Both the position numbers and the translations under genes were made by a program. Below, piece after piece: positions 1 through 10,188 of a stretch of DNA of 32,000 nucleotides. Location of the stretch: NCBI GenBank assembly GCA_000002455.1, contig DQ158858.1:30001-62000 (forward strand). Direction: 5' to 3'. The stretch's first letter is position 1. Each line of letters opens with the position of its first letter. The notes below the pieces were generated by a model that was given only the letters and a program-made list of their open reading frames with translations, ran no database searches and had not been told where the DNA came from. Source of the stretch: Bigelowiella natans nucleomorph. Lineage: Eukaryota > Protista > Cercozoa.

Positions 1-172
1 TCAACTAAAATCAAAGTTTGGCACAAAAAAGTTTCAGGGATAATTTGTTAACTAAATAAGTTATGTTTTAAATTAACTGATATGTATTATGATGGTATAG
101 TAATTTTGCAACTTAAAAAACTACCTATCCAGCAGATAAAAAATTCAAAGAAGAATAATAAATTCATAAGCA

Positions 173-484
173 ATGTATGTTAAAAATTTAATAATAGTAA
201 ATCTATATTCATGTTTTTGTAAGGAAAAGTCTTCGTTAAGTAAACTCAATGATAAAATAAATTTTCTAGAAATAAAAAAATCTAAATTTTCAAATAATAT
301 TGTCCTATCTTTAAAAAAGCAAGATAATTCCTTCTCTAATTTTCTTTTATTGATAAAATTAATAAGTACACATTATTTTTTCATCGAAAAAAGTAAGCAA
401 TCTGATTTATGTATCATAATTTTGCTTTCTAATAGATTTCTTATTAAAATACTGGTAAAGGAACTAATACTTTTAGTATTATGA
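173..484 (+). CDS. Hypothetical protein, probably the 3' part of a spliced gene starting upstream of the window
   Basis: 103-aa K/I/L/N-rich ORF ending 29 nt before the convergent stop of the next gene; no recognisable motif. Confidence 0.3.
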   Translation: MYVKNLIIVNLYSCFCKEKSSLSKLNDKINFLEIKKSKFSNNIVLSLKKQDNSFSNFLLLIKLISTHYFFIEKSKQSDLCIIILLSNRFLIKILVKELILLVL

Positions 485-513
485 TATGTGTTTTAAATTT
501 TAACTATGAGATG

Positions 514-871
514 TTACTTATTAAAATTATAAGAGTGAAGTTTGGTTAATGAAATCCATTTCGTGTAAAACAACGAAAAGTGCTTTAATGATGGCAATTT
601 TTTGAAATTTAAAAAACATTTAATAATATCTTTCTTTTAAAATTACTATAACTTTAAAAAAGGTATGGGCTTGTACTTTATTTAAGGTGTGTGCAAGCAT
701 TTTAAATGAGCATTTTAAACTTTTTGGATTCTTCAGAAAATTGTTCCTACATTTAGAGCGACAAAAAACTAAGCACTATAAATTTTTATTTACAATATAA
801 TTATTTTTGAATATCATTATATTATTATGTTTAATTTTATTTTTACAATAAGAACAGTTGTCCTTGACCAT
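514..871 (-). CDS. rlp24: Ribosomal protein L24e-family protein (RLP24-like, TRASH Zn motif), 2 introns
   Basis: Not in the ORF track. Splicing 776-793 (18 nt) and 634-652 (19 nt) gives MVKDNCSYCKNKIKHNNIMIFKNNYI|CLVFCRSKCRNNFLKNPKSLK..., which matches the RLP24 pattern CxxC...FCRSKCHKNFKKKRNPRK. The second intron and the C-terminus are less certain. Confidence 0.7.
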
Positions 872-914
872 ATGGTATCAATATAAAATAAAAATACTTT
901 TAGAAAGATTACTA

Positions 915-1307
915 ATGAATTTTAAATTAGATAATATCATTAAGGTAAATCTTTATCTATCTGAATATTTTATTAGATGTATCAATAATAGATTATTTTA
1001 CTCTATTGAAAATAAGATTATAAGAAAATCCCTATTAATCAAAAAAAAATATAATTACAGAAGAAATGGTTTAACTAATGTGAATCGACCTGAAGAAATA
1101 TTTACTAATATCAAATTAAGTATGTTCGGATTAGCTCTTAAGGAAAAAAAATTAAATTTAGTATTACGGAAAATTGAATTTATGATATATTTAATAAAAA
1201 AAACAAAATTTAATGATTTTTACTATTTTGAGAAGAAGAACTTTATTATCTTTTTAAATTTACAAAGTAAGCTTCTTCATTATTTAAATTCTGAATATGT
1301 GCTATAA
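915..1307 (+). CDS. Hypothetical protein, weak resemblance to rRNA-processing protein EBP2
   Basis: 130-aa ORF from the first true ATG (915). GLTNVNRPEEIFTNIKLS loosely resembles the EBP2 core (P-x-x-RPxDYFAEMxKSD). Confidence 0.4.
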   Translation: MNFKLDNIIKVNLYLSEYFIRCINNRLFYSIENKIIRKSLLIKKKYNYRRNGLTNVNRPEEIFTNIKLSMFGLALKEKKLNLVLRKIEFMIYLIKKTKFNDFYYFEKKNFIIFLNLQSKLLHYLNSEYVL

Positions 1308-1341
1308 CTTTTTAATTATGTAATTATTTTGCTTTATAATT

Positions 1342-1608
1342 ATGGAACCATTGAGATCATCAAAAGGCTGGATTTTGATATATAAAGGCATGTCTTTTAA
1401 TCTAATGAATTATATAATAAAAATGTTCTTAAACTTAAAAGATCAAGAAAAATTAGACATATACCTACCAAATAAAGAGTTTTTTCCTATTAAGAATTTT
1501 GGTTTTATCGTAACCAATTCCCTTTCAAATAGTCTATTACTAATAAATCTAAATGGTCTGATAATTAAGGGGAAAGAAATCCGTATTGAATGGGTTTTCC
1601 TGAAATAG
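1342..1608 (+). CDS. rbm8a: Y14/RBM8A exon-junction-complex RRM protein, N-terminally truncated
   Basis: PLRSSKGWILIYKGM matches PQRSVEGWILFVTGV; LNGLIIKGKEIRIEWVFLK matches LNGQDLMGQPISVDWCFVR. Confidence 0.7.
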   Translation: MEPLRSSKGWILIYKGMSFNLMNYIIKMFLNLKDQEKLDIYLPNKEFFPIKNFGFIVTNSLSNSLLLINLNGLIIKGKEIRIEWVFLK

Positions 1609-1636
1609 TTGTCATTCATCAATTAAATTTATAAAT

Positions 1637-3004
1637 TCAGATAAGTAATTTACACATAAAAATGTCTACTTTAATTTTTTTTACCGCTGATTCTATGAAT
1701 GTGAGAATAAAATCTTTTGCAGTACTTCAAAGAATTGGGGTAAATTCGATTTTTATAACGAGTGAAGCCAGGTCTACCAAAATTAAAGTCGAATTTAGCA
1801 ATTTGAAGATCGAACTTTTTTAAACAATGACTTATAATTTCTTCATTTTCTTGAATAAAAATCGACTTTGATATAATTACTAAAATTTTAGATTTATTTT
1901 TCTTATTCTTTTTAATACTTTTTATGATTTCTTCAATAGCATTCTTTTTATCTGATAAGCGCTTTTGTATTTTTTTATATACATTAATTTCATCTTTCTT
2001 TTCTTTTTAAAATTAATCTACTATTATAAGAATATGATTTGTATTGGAATATGTAATGTGAATTGTTTTTAACCATATTTATATTGTCATAAGCTAACAT
2101 AAGGGATGATACAGCATTTAGATTGCTAACTATTTCAAAATTTGTGAAGTTTTTTTGATTTTTCCCACTAAAAGATACAATTATATTAGCTTTTTTTTTA
2201 AATTAAACATGTAGATAAAAACTGTACTAAAAAAAGTAAAGTTTGACAGAATTCATCATTAATTAAGGTTATATTTGTAATCGAATCTTTATAAATTGCT
2301 AGATATGAAAAAATGAGATTTAGTTTCAATTTTATTAGATGCCCGGTTTGTAATCTTTATTGAAAAACTATACTCTAAAAGGTTTCTAGTTTTTATAGCT
2401 TTTTTTTTTAGGAAAATAGATTTTTTGAAAATTTTTGATAAAGTTAAAGCTTTAAAAAAGTAATTATCAAGAAAATTTTTGCTTTCGTAAAGTCTTTTGA
2501 ATCTATTTATTATGAAAATTTTGTTTGATTTTTTTAATTTAATCATGTGTTTAATTTCTATTTATATTCATTCTACCTTTGATGTCGTGTTGTTGTTTAT
2601 GAATATTATTATGGTTGAAATTCTTGATGAGATTCTATTATTTATAGATTACTTTAATAAATACTTTATCCAATAAAACTTTTTTTACTATTAAATTAGC
2701 ATATTTTTCTGGTAAATTATAAAGTACTTTCCAATATTTTACATTTCTCTGGTGTATATTTAGTTGAAGAACAAGGTTTATTATAAAAATATAATCTAAG
2801 TTTAAAAATTTTGATTAATAACTAAAAAAATAGTGAAACTTTTTTAAATAAAATGAATGAATTAAAAAGGTCGTTGTAACTGTTAAAGTTTTTTCTCTTG
2901 ATTTTGTAATATTTCATTGTTAGAGTTTGTTTTATAAGTTCGTCGATTTTTTTAATATTATTTGCTTTTGCTTTGAAAAAAGTTGCTAAATTATGATTAA
3001 ACAT
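1637..3004 (-). CDS. nop2: NOP2/NSUN1 rRNA m5C methyltransferase homologue, catalytically degenerate, 8 introns
   Basis: One continuous frame after removing eight 18-19 nt GT-AG introns (last 1666-1684). The C-terminus QENEEIISHCLKKFD...FGRPGFTRYKNRIYPNSLKYCKRFYSHIHRISDIFMCKL matches NOP2 EENEWVVDYALKKR...FGQEGFTRF...RFYPHTHNMDGFFIAKF. LELQTGHLIK matches PEYLAGHYML. Confidence 0.8.
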
Positions 3005-3140
3005 TTTAATAAAAATTAATTATTAGTTTATAATAATAGGTATGTTCCATTAGAATTAGTATCATAAATAAATATTATAAAAAAAAATGAGCCATGCAAT
3101 CATGTTATTTGTTTAAACATTTGAGTATAAAGAAGAATCT

Positions 3141-3465
3141 ATGCAAAAGGAAACTCATAGTGTTGATAACGTGTTAAAAAATAAAGGACCTTTTATGTTA
3201 CTGTCGAAAGTAACAAAATTAAACTCTAAAGTAAAAATTTCTAATTTAGATTATAATATCTAGTAACGATAATCATAAATTTTATGGATTTATTAGAGGT
3301 TTTGATAAACATTGTAATCTGATGTTAGAAGACGTGACTGAGATTTGGAAAGAAGAAACTACTGATGCTAGATCATTAAAAAAAAAAGTAGTAATTAAAG
3401 AAAAATTCATTCCAAAGTTATTTTTCAGAGGAGATGCTGTAATTCTCATAACTATTGCTGAATAG
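3141..3465 (+). CDS. snrpd2: Small nuclear ribonucleoprotein SmD2, 1 intron (3231-3249)
   Basis: Not in the ORF track. Spliced product: ...KGPFMLL...NSK|IIISSNDNHKFYGFIRGFDKHCNLMLEDVTEIW...KEKFIPKLFFRGDAVILI. Contains Sm1 and Sm2 motifs typical of SmD2. Confidence 0.93.
3231..3249 (+). other. Representative 19-nt spliceosomal intron (one of about 80 of 18-21 nt in the window)
   Basis: gtaaaaatttctaatttag; removing it restores the SmD2 frame. Confidence 0.95.
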
Positions 3466-3480
3466 TCTGAAAGTCTAACT

Positions 3481-4479
3481 TTAGTTAATTAATTTAAAAA
3501 TACTCTGGGAGAATTTAACAACTATATGGCAATCATCTATGTAAATATTCTGTGAATTAAAAAAAGCATTCTCGCAACTCTTTCTTGAAGCGTACTCGAT
3601 AAATCCATAATTTAAACTTTTTTCAGACTTTTTTTCCTTGATTATTTTGATTGAGGTAATTTTTCCATATCTTTTAAATATATTTTCCATATCCTTTTTT
3701 TTTACTGATATACTTTTTCTTGTGTTAGTGGACTTAATTTGCAGACAAATAAGGACTTTTCAGAAGGTAAAATATTATATTTCGGTAAATCTTTAAGTAT
3801 TTCTAAAAATGAAGTTTTATATTTTGTTATTCGTTTTTTATTGTTTCTATATTATACATGTAAACGTTTGCCAATTTTTACAGGTGAAGCGAAAAAATCT
3901 TTCAATATCATAAAAAAAATTTAGAGTAATATTCTTAAATTGAGAATTTTGATTGAATATATTCTTTTTCAAATATATTTTTATGGGAAATCTATTAATT
4001 TTAAAAGACATGTAATTTTTTTTAAATGATTTTTTATAAGAAAGTTTTTGTAAACTATCCAGAATAGAGCTCCCTTTTACAATAAAAGCTATATTAATAA
4101 CTTTATTTTGATCTTTTAATTTTTTTAAAAAACTCTTTTTTACTATGTAAAAATCTTTAATTATTTGATTAATCTTACAGGTAGTAAAGATCAGTACGTA
4201 TTTTGAATTTGAATCTTTCATAATTGAACTATAATTTGAATTGTTTATTGTATGATTAAAAAAAAATCTTTGATACGAATTATCTAAAGATAGATCATAC
4301 ATATTCGATAACTTTATTATATTTTGAGATAAGAAAATAAGCTTGTAGTTATTAATATTTAGATTACTTGTTTTTTAAATTAGTTACTTGTAAAGCAATG
4401 AAATAGTATTTTGAGATAAAGATGTAATTTTACTAGACCATTCTAAAACACCTAATCGGGTTTTGAAGAGGATCAACAT
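3481..4479 (-). CDS. ppil4: PPIL4/Cyp59-like cyclophilin-RRM protein, 3 introns (4367-4387, 3847-3865, and a 20-nt intron just upstream of 3693)
   Basis: N-terminus MLILFKTRLG resembles MAVLLETTLG. LEILKDLP...PSEKSLFVCKLSPLTQEKDMENIFKRYG...SLNYGFIEY...CENAFF...IDDCHIVVKFSQS matches the PPIL4 RRM closely. Confidence 0.88.
4367..4387 (-). other. 21-nt intron containing an in-frame stop
   Basis: gtaactaatttaaaaaacaag in ppil4. Confidence 0.8.
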
Positions 4480-4526
4480 TTTAGTTAAGTATAAAGAACA
4501 AACATTATATACAGCAAAGGCACATA

Positions 4527-4861
4527 ATGGTAAAAAAACGAAGAAATAACGGAAGATCTAAAAACAACAGAGGTCATGTGTATTTAAAAATAATAGGTAA
4601 ATAGGATCCATTGTATGAGTTCAAATGCTTTAGTACCGAGAGATAAAGCAATTAAGAAACTAAATGTTAAAAGTCTTTTTTTCCCAAATATTCTTAAAGA
4701 TACACCTAATGTTTTTGTTCTTCCTGGTATTCGATTTTACAATAGGGTATAAAGCACCTAAATTATATTCTTATGTTTTTTATTCTATTTCCTCAGCATT
4801 TTCTCAAAAATTCATTAAACCCGGAAGAAAAAAATATAGAAGAATTATGAGAACTAATTAA
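4527..4861 (+). CDS. rps26: 40S ribosomal protein S26 (eS26), introns 4578-4596 and 4727-4745
   Basis: MVKKRRNNGRSKNNRGH|VNRIHCMSSNALVPRDKAIKK...PG|YKAPKLY. Confidence 0.95.
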
Positions 4862-4875
4862 AATAATTGATAGTT

Positions 4876-5714
4876 TTAATTAATAATTGACCAATAATCC
4901 GGTGTTACAAATTTATATGAGGATGACAAGGCATTAAAAGTAGCTTTAATCGTATTGAATGAACTTTTTGTACGCCCAAAACTTTTTGTAAAACAGTCAC
5001 GGATACCTGAAATTTTAAGTACATTCAGTTGAAATTTAGATGCCACGATTCCTGTACCTTTAGGAGCTGGTTTTATGCAAACTACGACTGAACCGGCCTT
5101 TCCTGATGTTTTATATTTAATAGTATTAGGTTTTCCTTCTTCAATCTCCCAATAGCCTCTTCTAATCTTCGTGATAGCTAATTTAGCTTTTCTTAAGGCT
5201 GCTTTGATTCCTGCTTTACTCTTTTTAATATATTTTTACATCCATAGAACTTTTCACACCAAGACCGACATGGCCATCTAGATCTCCAACAAGTACTGCA
5301 ACTTTTTTTTTATATTGTCTTCCTGATTTGGTAAGTCTAGAAACCATTAAGTTCTGAATTACTTTGTATTTCAAGGATTTTCCAAATAGTATATTTACTA
5401 ATTTGTTATTATGAAAGAATATTCTCTTTAAAAAAAGATAATCCAATATTTTTAAATTTATCTAATATTAATAACCAAACTTGAAAATTTTTAGTGAAAA
5501 AAATTCTAATGTCAACAAAATTTCTTAGCTTAGATAATCTTTTAAAATATTTTGATTTTTTAATTTGTTTAAAATTTTTATTACTAATGAAATTTTCAAA
5601 AAATGATTTATCTTTTATTTTTTCTATTTTAAAAATATTTTTTTTATTTTCATTTTTTCTTGAATATTGTTTTATTTTTTTATTTGTTTTTATTTCATTT
5701 TTTATGTGTTTCAT
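4876..5714 (-). CDS. rps2: 40S ribosomal protein S2 (uS5), two 19-nt introns
   Basis: VLVGDLDGHVGLGVK...IRRGYW...PAPKGTGIVA...GIRDCFTKSFGRT...FVTPDYW. Confidence 0.93.
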
Positions 5715-5799
5715 AATCTGGTCTAGTATTTTCTCAACTTTATTTATTACTTAATTTCTTATCTAAAAATCCTTTTTTTATATTAGTACCATAAGTCTA

Positions 5800-8339
5800 A
5801 TGTCAATATTTTCCATTAACGATGTGATAAACTTAATGAATAAAAAAAACAATATCAGGAATGTGAGTGTAATAGCACATGTAGATCATGGAAAATCAAC
5901 TTTAACGGACTCTTTGGTTGCTGCTGCAGGAATTATTTCACTTGATAATGCTGGTAATCAAAGAATAATGGATACAAGAGATGATGAACAAGAAAGATGT
6001 ATCACAATTAAATCAACTGGAATATCCTTGTATTTTCATTTGGAACCAGAACTATTACAGAAAGATACTTCAATCGTGAAAAATATATCTGATGGTAATG
6101 AGTATTTAATAAATCTCATAGACTCTCCGGGTCACGTTGATTTTTCATCAGAAGTTACAGCTGCTTTGCGTATTACTGATGGAGCGTTAGTAATAGTTGA
6201 TTGCATAGAGGAAGTATGTGTTCAAACCGAAACAGTTTTAAGACAAAGTTTATCTGAAAGAATAATTCCTGTCTTATCTATAAATAAGCTTGATAGATGC
6301 TTTATAGAACTCTCATTAGGAGGTGAAGAAGCCTATAAAGGATTTTTACGAATAATAGAAGATGTAACATTTTCATCTCGATTTATCATGATAAGTCGAT
6401 CGGCGAGTTAGAATTAAACCCTTTAGTGAACAATGTATGTTTTTCTGCAGGACTTCATGGTTGGGCTTTTATTCTTTCTGAAATTACTTCATTATATGGG
6501 TCAAAAATTAATGATAATGAAAAGTTTAAAAAAAAATTATGGGGAGAAAATTATTATGATAATATAAAAAAAAAATGGCATAAGAAAAATCCAAATGGAA
6601 AATATATTCGAGGTTTTGTGAAGTACTGTTTTGATCCACTTAAAGTACTTATTACTAAAATTATTGAAGAAAAATATGCCGAGGTAAATATATTATGTGA
6701 AAAATTTAATGTAGAAGAACAATTTCAAAAATTTCGGCTAAAAGCGAAAGGAAAAAGCTTAATGAAAAAGCTTCTACAATATCTACTTCCAGCTCACAAA
6801 TCTCTCTTAATTATGCTTATAAAACATCTTCCTTCTCCTGCAATTTCTCAAGCTTATAGAACTGAAATAATATATGAAGGTCCGATGGATGACAAATATT
6901 CGAAGTCAATGAGAACCTGTGATCCTAAAGGACCTTTAATGATGTATATATCTAAAATGATACCAAATTCTGATAAAAGTAGATTTATTGCTTTTGGGAG
7001 GGTGTTTTCAGGTACTATAACATCAGGACTGAAAGTTAGAATCATGGGTTCCAACTATATAAAAGGTTCAAAGAAAGACTTATTCTTAAAATCTGTTCAA
7101 AGAATTGTTTTGTGCATGGGAAGAAAGCTTGAATCAACTGACTATATACCTTGCGGAAATACTGGAGCATTGATAGGTTTAGATCAATTTATAATTAAAA
7201 CAGCTACTATTACAGATCAGGTTAATGAAAATGCATATCCAATAAAAGCAATGAAATTTTCTGTGCATCCTGTCGTTAGAAGGGCTGTAAATGTGGAAAA
7301 TCCTAGCGATTTACCGAAATTACTCGAAGGATTGAGAAAATTGAGTAGATCGGACCCTATGGTCCAATGTATTAGAGAAGAAAGTGGTGAGTATATTATT
7401 GCTGGAGCTGGTGAATTGCATCTTGAAATATGTATCAAAGATTTAAAGGATGATTTTCTACCAGGAGTTTCCTTAGTATTCTCAGATCCTGTTGTTCCAT
7501 ATAAAGAAACTATAAATAGTGAGTCCAATCATATATGTTTAGCGAAATCTACAAATAAGCACAACAGAATTTATGCTAAATCATTGCCAATAGAAGAACT
7601 ATTATTAAAAGATTTAGACATGGACACAATTGATGTAAAAAATAGTACTGAATTATCAAACTTTTTGGTCAGCAAACATAAATGGGATAAAAACACGACT
7701 AAAAATATTTGGGGTTTTGGTCCTGAGCCTAGTTTTGCGAATATGCTTCTTATAGGAACTAAATCAATCCAGTATCTTGATGAAATAAAAGACTCCTGTG
7801 TCTCAGCTTTTCAAGATGTGACTAAAGAAGGTATTTTAGCACATGAAAATATGAGAGGAGTAATTTTTACAATAGTTGATCTAGAATTACATGCAGATTC
7901 TATACATAGAGGAGGTGGACAAATTATTCCAGCTTGTAAAAGAGTATACACTGCTTCTTTCTTATATTCTTCGCCTAGGATAATGGAACCAATTTTTAGC
8001 GTGTTCATCAGTGTGCCATTAAAACACTTAGGAGCTATCTATTCCGTGGTTTCTAACAGGAGGGGAAAAGTGTATGAGGAGGTAACTAAACCTGGCAATC
8101 CAGTTTGTGAAATAAAAGTGAAACTGCCTGTAGCTGAATCTTTTGGTTTTAGTAATGAGCTTAGGTCTTCTACATCAGGGCAGGCATTTTCTCAGTGTAT
8201 TTTTGATCATTGGGCATTGCTTAAATCAGATCCAATGAAGGATAATTCTCAGGCGAATCAAATTATTTTATCAATTAGAAAAAGAAAGGGATTAAAGGCA
8301 GAGCTGCCAAATCCGAATGATTTTGAAGATCGACTTTGA
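5800..8339 (+). CDS. eef2: Eukaryotic elongation factor 2 with one frame break near 6364-6395
   Basis: [59 protein letters not shown] and the diphthamide loop [15 protein letters not shown] are present. The two ORFs are offset by one base. Confidence 0.97.
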
Positions 8340-8412
8340 TTTATTTAGGTATGATAAAAAGTAATTAATTAAGAATAATAAAATATGTAACTACAAATTT
8401 TAATCTATTAAC

Positions 8413-8706
8413 TCAAATTATTAAATTAAAATAATTTCTCAAAAACCTCTCTCCTTTTTTAGTTAATGTCCTTTCTTTTAAATAAGTACCAGTAGTAATT
8501 ACTTCCCAAAAGAATTTCATTCATGAATTTTCTAGAATGTAATGAGATTAGAACTTTTTTTAAATGAAATGCGTAAAAACTATTACAAAATTGATATGTT
8601 CTATTAAAGTTTTTTGGAATGATAATAATACCATCTTTAAAAGTTTATTAATACCGTTGAGAATCTTTTCATAAATTTTTATAAGTTTAAATTTTGACAC
8701 AAGCAT
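8413..8706 (-). CDS. rps10: 40S ribosomal protein S10 (eS10), introns 8635-8654 and 8471-8489
   Basis: Not in the ORF track. Spliced: MLVSKFKLIKIYEKILN|DGIIIIPKN...LISLHSRKFMNE...NYYW|TLTKKGERFLRNYFNL, matching IYELLFKEGV...SLKSRGYVKE...FYWYLTNEGIQYLRDYLHL. Confidence 0.88.
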
Positions 8707-8765
8707 AATATATAGGATGTGAAACAATCATTATTAAATAGAGTATCGATAAAAAAAGGTATTGA

Positions 8766-9486
8766 ATGGTAACTGATTCAAATAAACAAAAAGAACTAAA
8801 AAATGATTTTACTAATGTATTTTAATATTTATAGCAAAATAAAAGTAGAGAAATACTTAAAAAAAGAGCAATAGAACTTTTTGACTTAAAGGATGATCCA
8901 TTTTATATTAGATTAGATAATAAAGTTCTTTCTTAATTTATAGTTTAAATGTAAGCTCTGTCTGACAATGCATCGGTCTGAAAGTAGTTATTTAGCACAT
9001 ACCCAGGTAAAAATTGGTAAATAGGGGAAAAGGCATAACAAAAATATTAAGAAAAGAAATTTAGCTGTAGATAATAAAAATATTATTCAAACAGATCATT
9101 CATTTTTCGATAATCAAAGAAGTATAAAAATGCAGTACAGACTTAAGTAAACCAGCTTACAAAGTAACCAAAGCATATTGCAAAATTACGCATAAAAAAA
9201 TTATATTTATCGAAGTAGTAATATTTAATAAAGGTCATTTATGAGTATAATCTACCGGAGGACGTTCCTGATTATCGTATATTAACAACTTATGAGCAAA
9301 GCATTGAAAAACCCGATAATAATTACCAATATTTACTGGTTGCTTCCCCAAATTACGTTACAATTTGTTTTAAAATTCCAAATTTACTTATTGATTATGA
9401 AAATCAATTTACTTACAGCTATTGGTAAAAGTTAAAACAACAGGGATTTTAACTTAAAAAAGTTTTATATTTCTCTCGCTTTTTAA
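8766..9486 (+). CDS. sf3a2: U2 snRNP factor SF3A2 (SAP62/Prp11), 6 introns
   Basis: Not in the ORF track. DLKDDPFY...FKCKLCLTMHRSESSYLAHTQ|GKRH (U1-type Zn finger), KPAYKVTK, TYEQSIEKPDNNYQYLLVASPNYVTICFKIP. Confidence 0.95.
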
Positions 9487-10118
9487 TGTGAATAATTATT
9501 TATTATTTTTTTCATATCCTTTTTAGATTCTTTATCAATCAAACAATGGAAGAATAATCCTCTTAGGTTTGATTTTTTGAGTATGTAGTATCTTTTCAAT
9601 AATCGACCAATCAGATAAAAAATCATAGCATTGGAAAATTTAGAATTAGTGTTTGATGGTAAAACCCAATCAATAAAAGAAATATTAGTGTCTGTATTAC
9701 AGATACCTATTATCGGAATATTGATATTGCTTAATTCTCTTATTATTCTTGGATCGTTTTTAGGTTCAGCGACTATTGCAGCTTCTGGTAACATAAAACT
9801 TTTTATTTGTCTATTGGAAAAGTTACCTGGTATATAGTTTTTAAAAATGCCTCTACAGTTTAGAGCTATGCAAATTTGTTTTATAGCTTTTCTTGAAATA
9901 CACTTAGTGTCTATAATAGCAAGTTTTCTCATGGATGAGATAGAAAATAACAAGCTCGGAAGATATATTAGATTTTTATAAGTTGTAAATAAATTAATTT
10001 TGTTATTTAAATTATTTTTTTGTTTTATGATATGATTTTTCATTCTAAAATCAACATAAGCTGCTCCGATATAATTTTGTGAATAAATGAGTAAGCTTAT
10101 AACTTTGTGTGGATTCAT
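9483..10118 (-). CDS. rpsA: 40S ribosomal protein SA (uS2)
   Basis: YIPGNFSNRQIKSFMLPEAAIVAEPKND...NIPIIGICNTDTNISFIDWVLPSN; no intron needed. Confidence 0.92.
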   Translation of the reverse strand: MNPHKVISLLIYSQNYIGAAYVDFRMKNHIIKQKNNLNNKINLFTTYKNLIYLPSLLFSISSMRKLAIIDTKCISRKAIKQICIALNCRGIFKNYIPGNFSNRQIKSFMLPEAAIVAEPKNDPRIIRELSNINIPIIGICNTDTNISFIDWVLPSNTNSKFSNAMIFYLIGRLLKRYYILKKSNLRGLFFHCLIDKESKKDMKKIINNYSH

Positions 10119-10188
10119 GAATTTTAAAAATTAAGTATAACTAAAAGTTTTGTAATAATTACAATTGTAAAGCAACTTTCAAAATTAA

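Noticed and set aside
630-646. 17-nt GT-AG segment in the RLP24-like gene
   Set aside because: An overlapping standard 19-nt intron (634-652) gives a longer open frame.
1662-1823. 53-codon plus-strand ORF (MSTLIFFTAD...)
   Set aside because: Antisense to the conserved NOP2 C-terminus.
3739-3924. This ORF and other short opposite-strand ORFs (9631, 13152, 14284, 17444, 22993, 24708, 25017, 25341, 26250, 29577, 30522)
   Set aside because: Each lies antisense to a better supported spliced gene.
5494-5754. Phe-rich plus-strand ORF that looks like a membrane protein
   Set aside because: Antisense to the Lys-rich rps2 N-terminus; the hydrophobicity is a poly-T artefact.
6854-8008. Three minus-strand ORFs inside eEF2
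   Set aside because: Antisense shadows of a conserved CDS.
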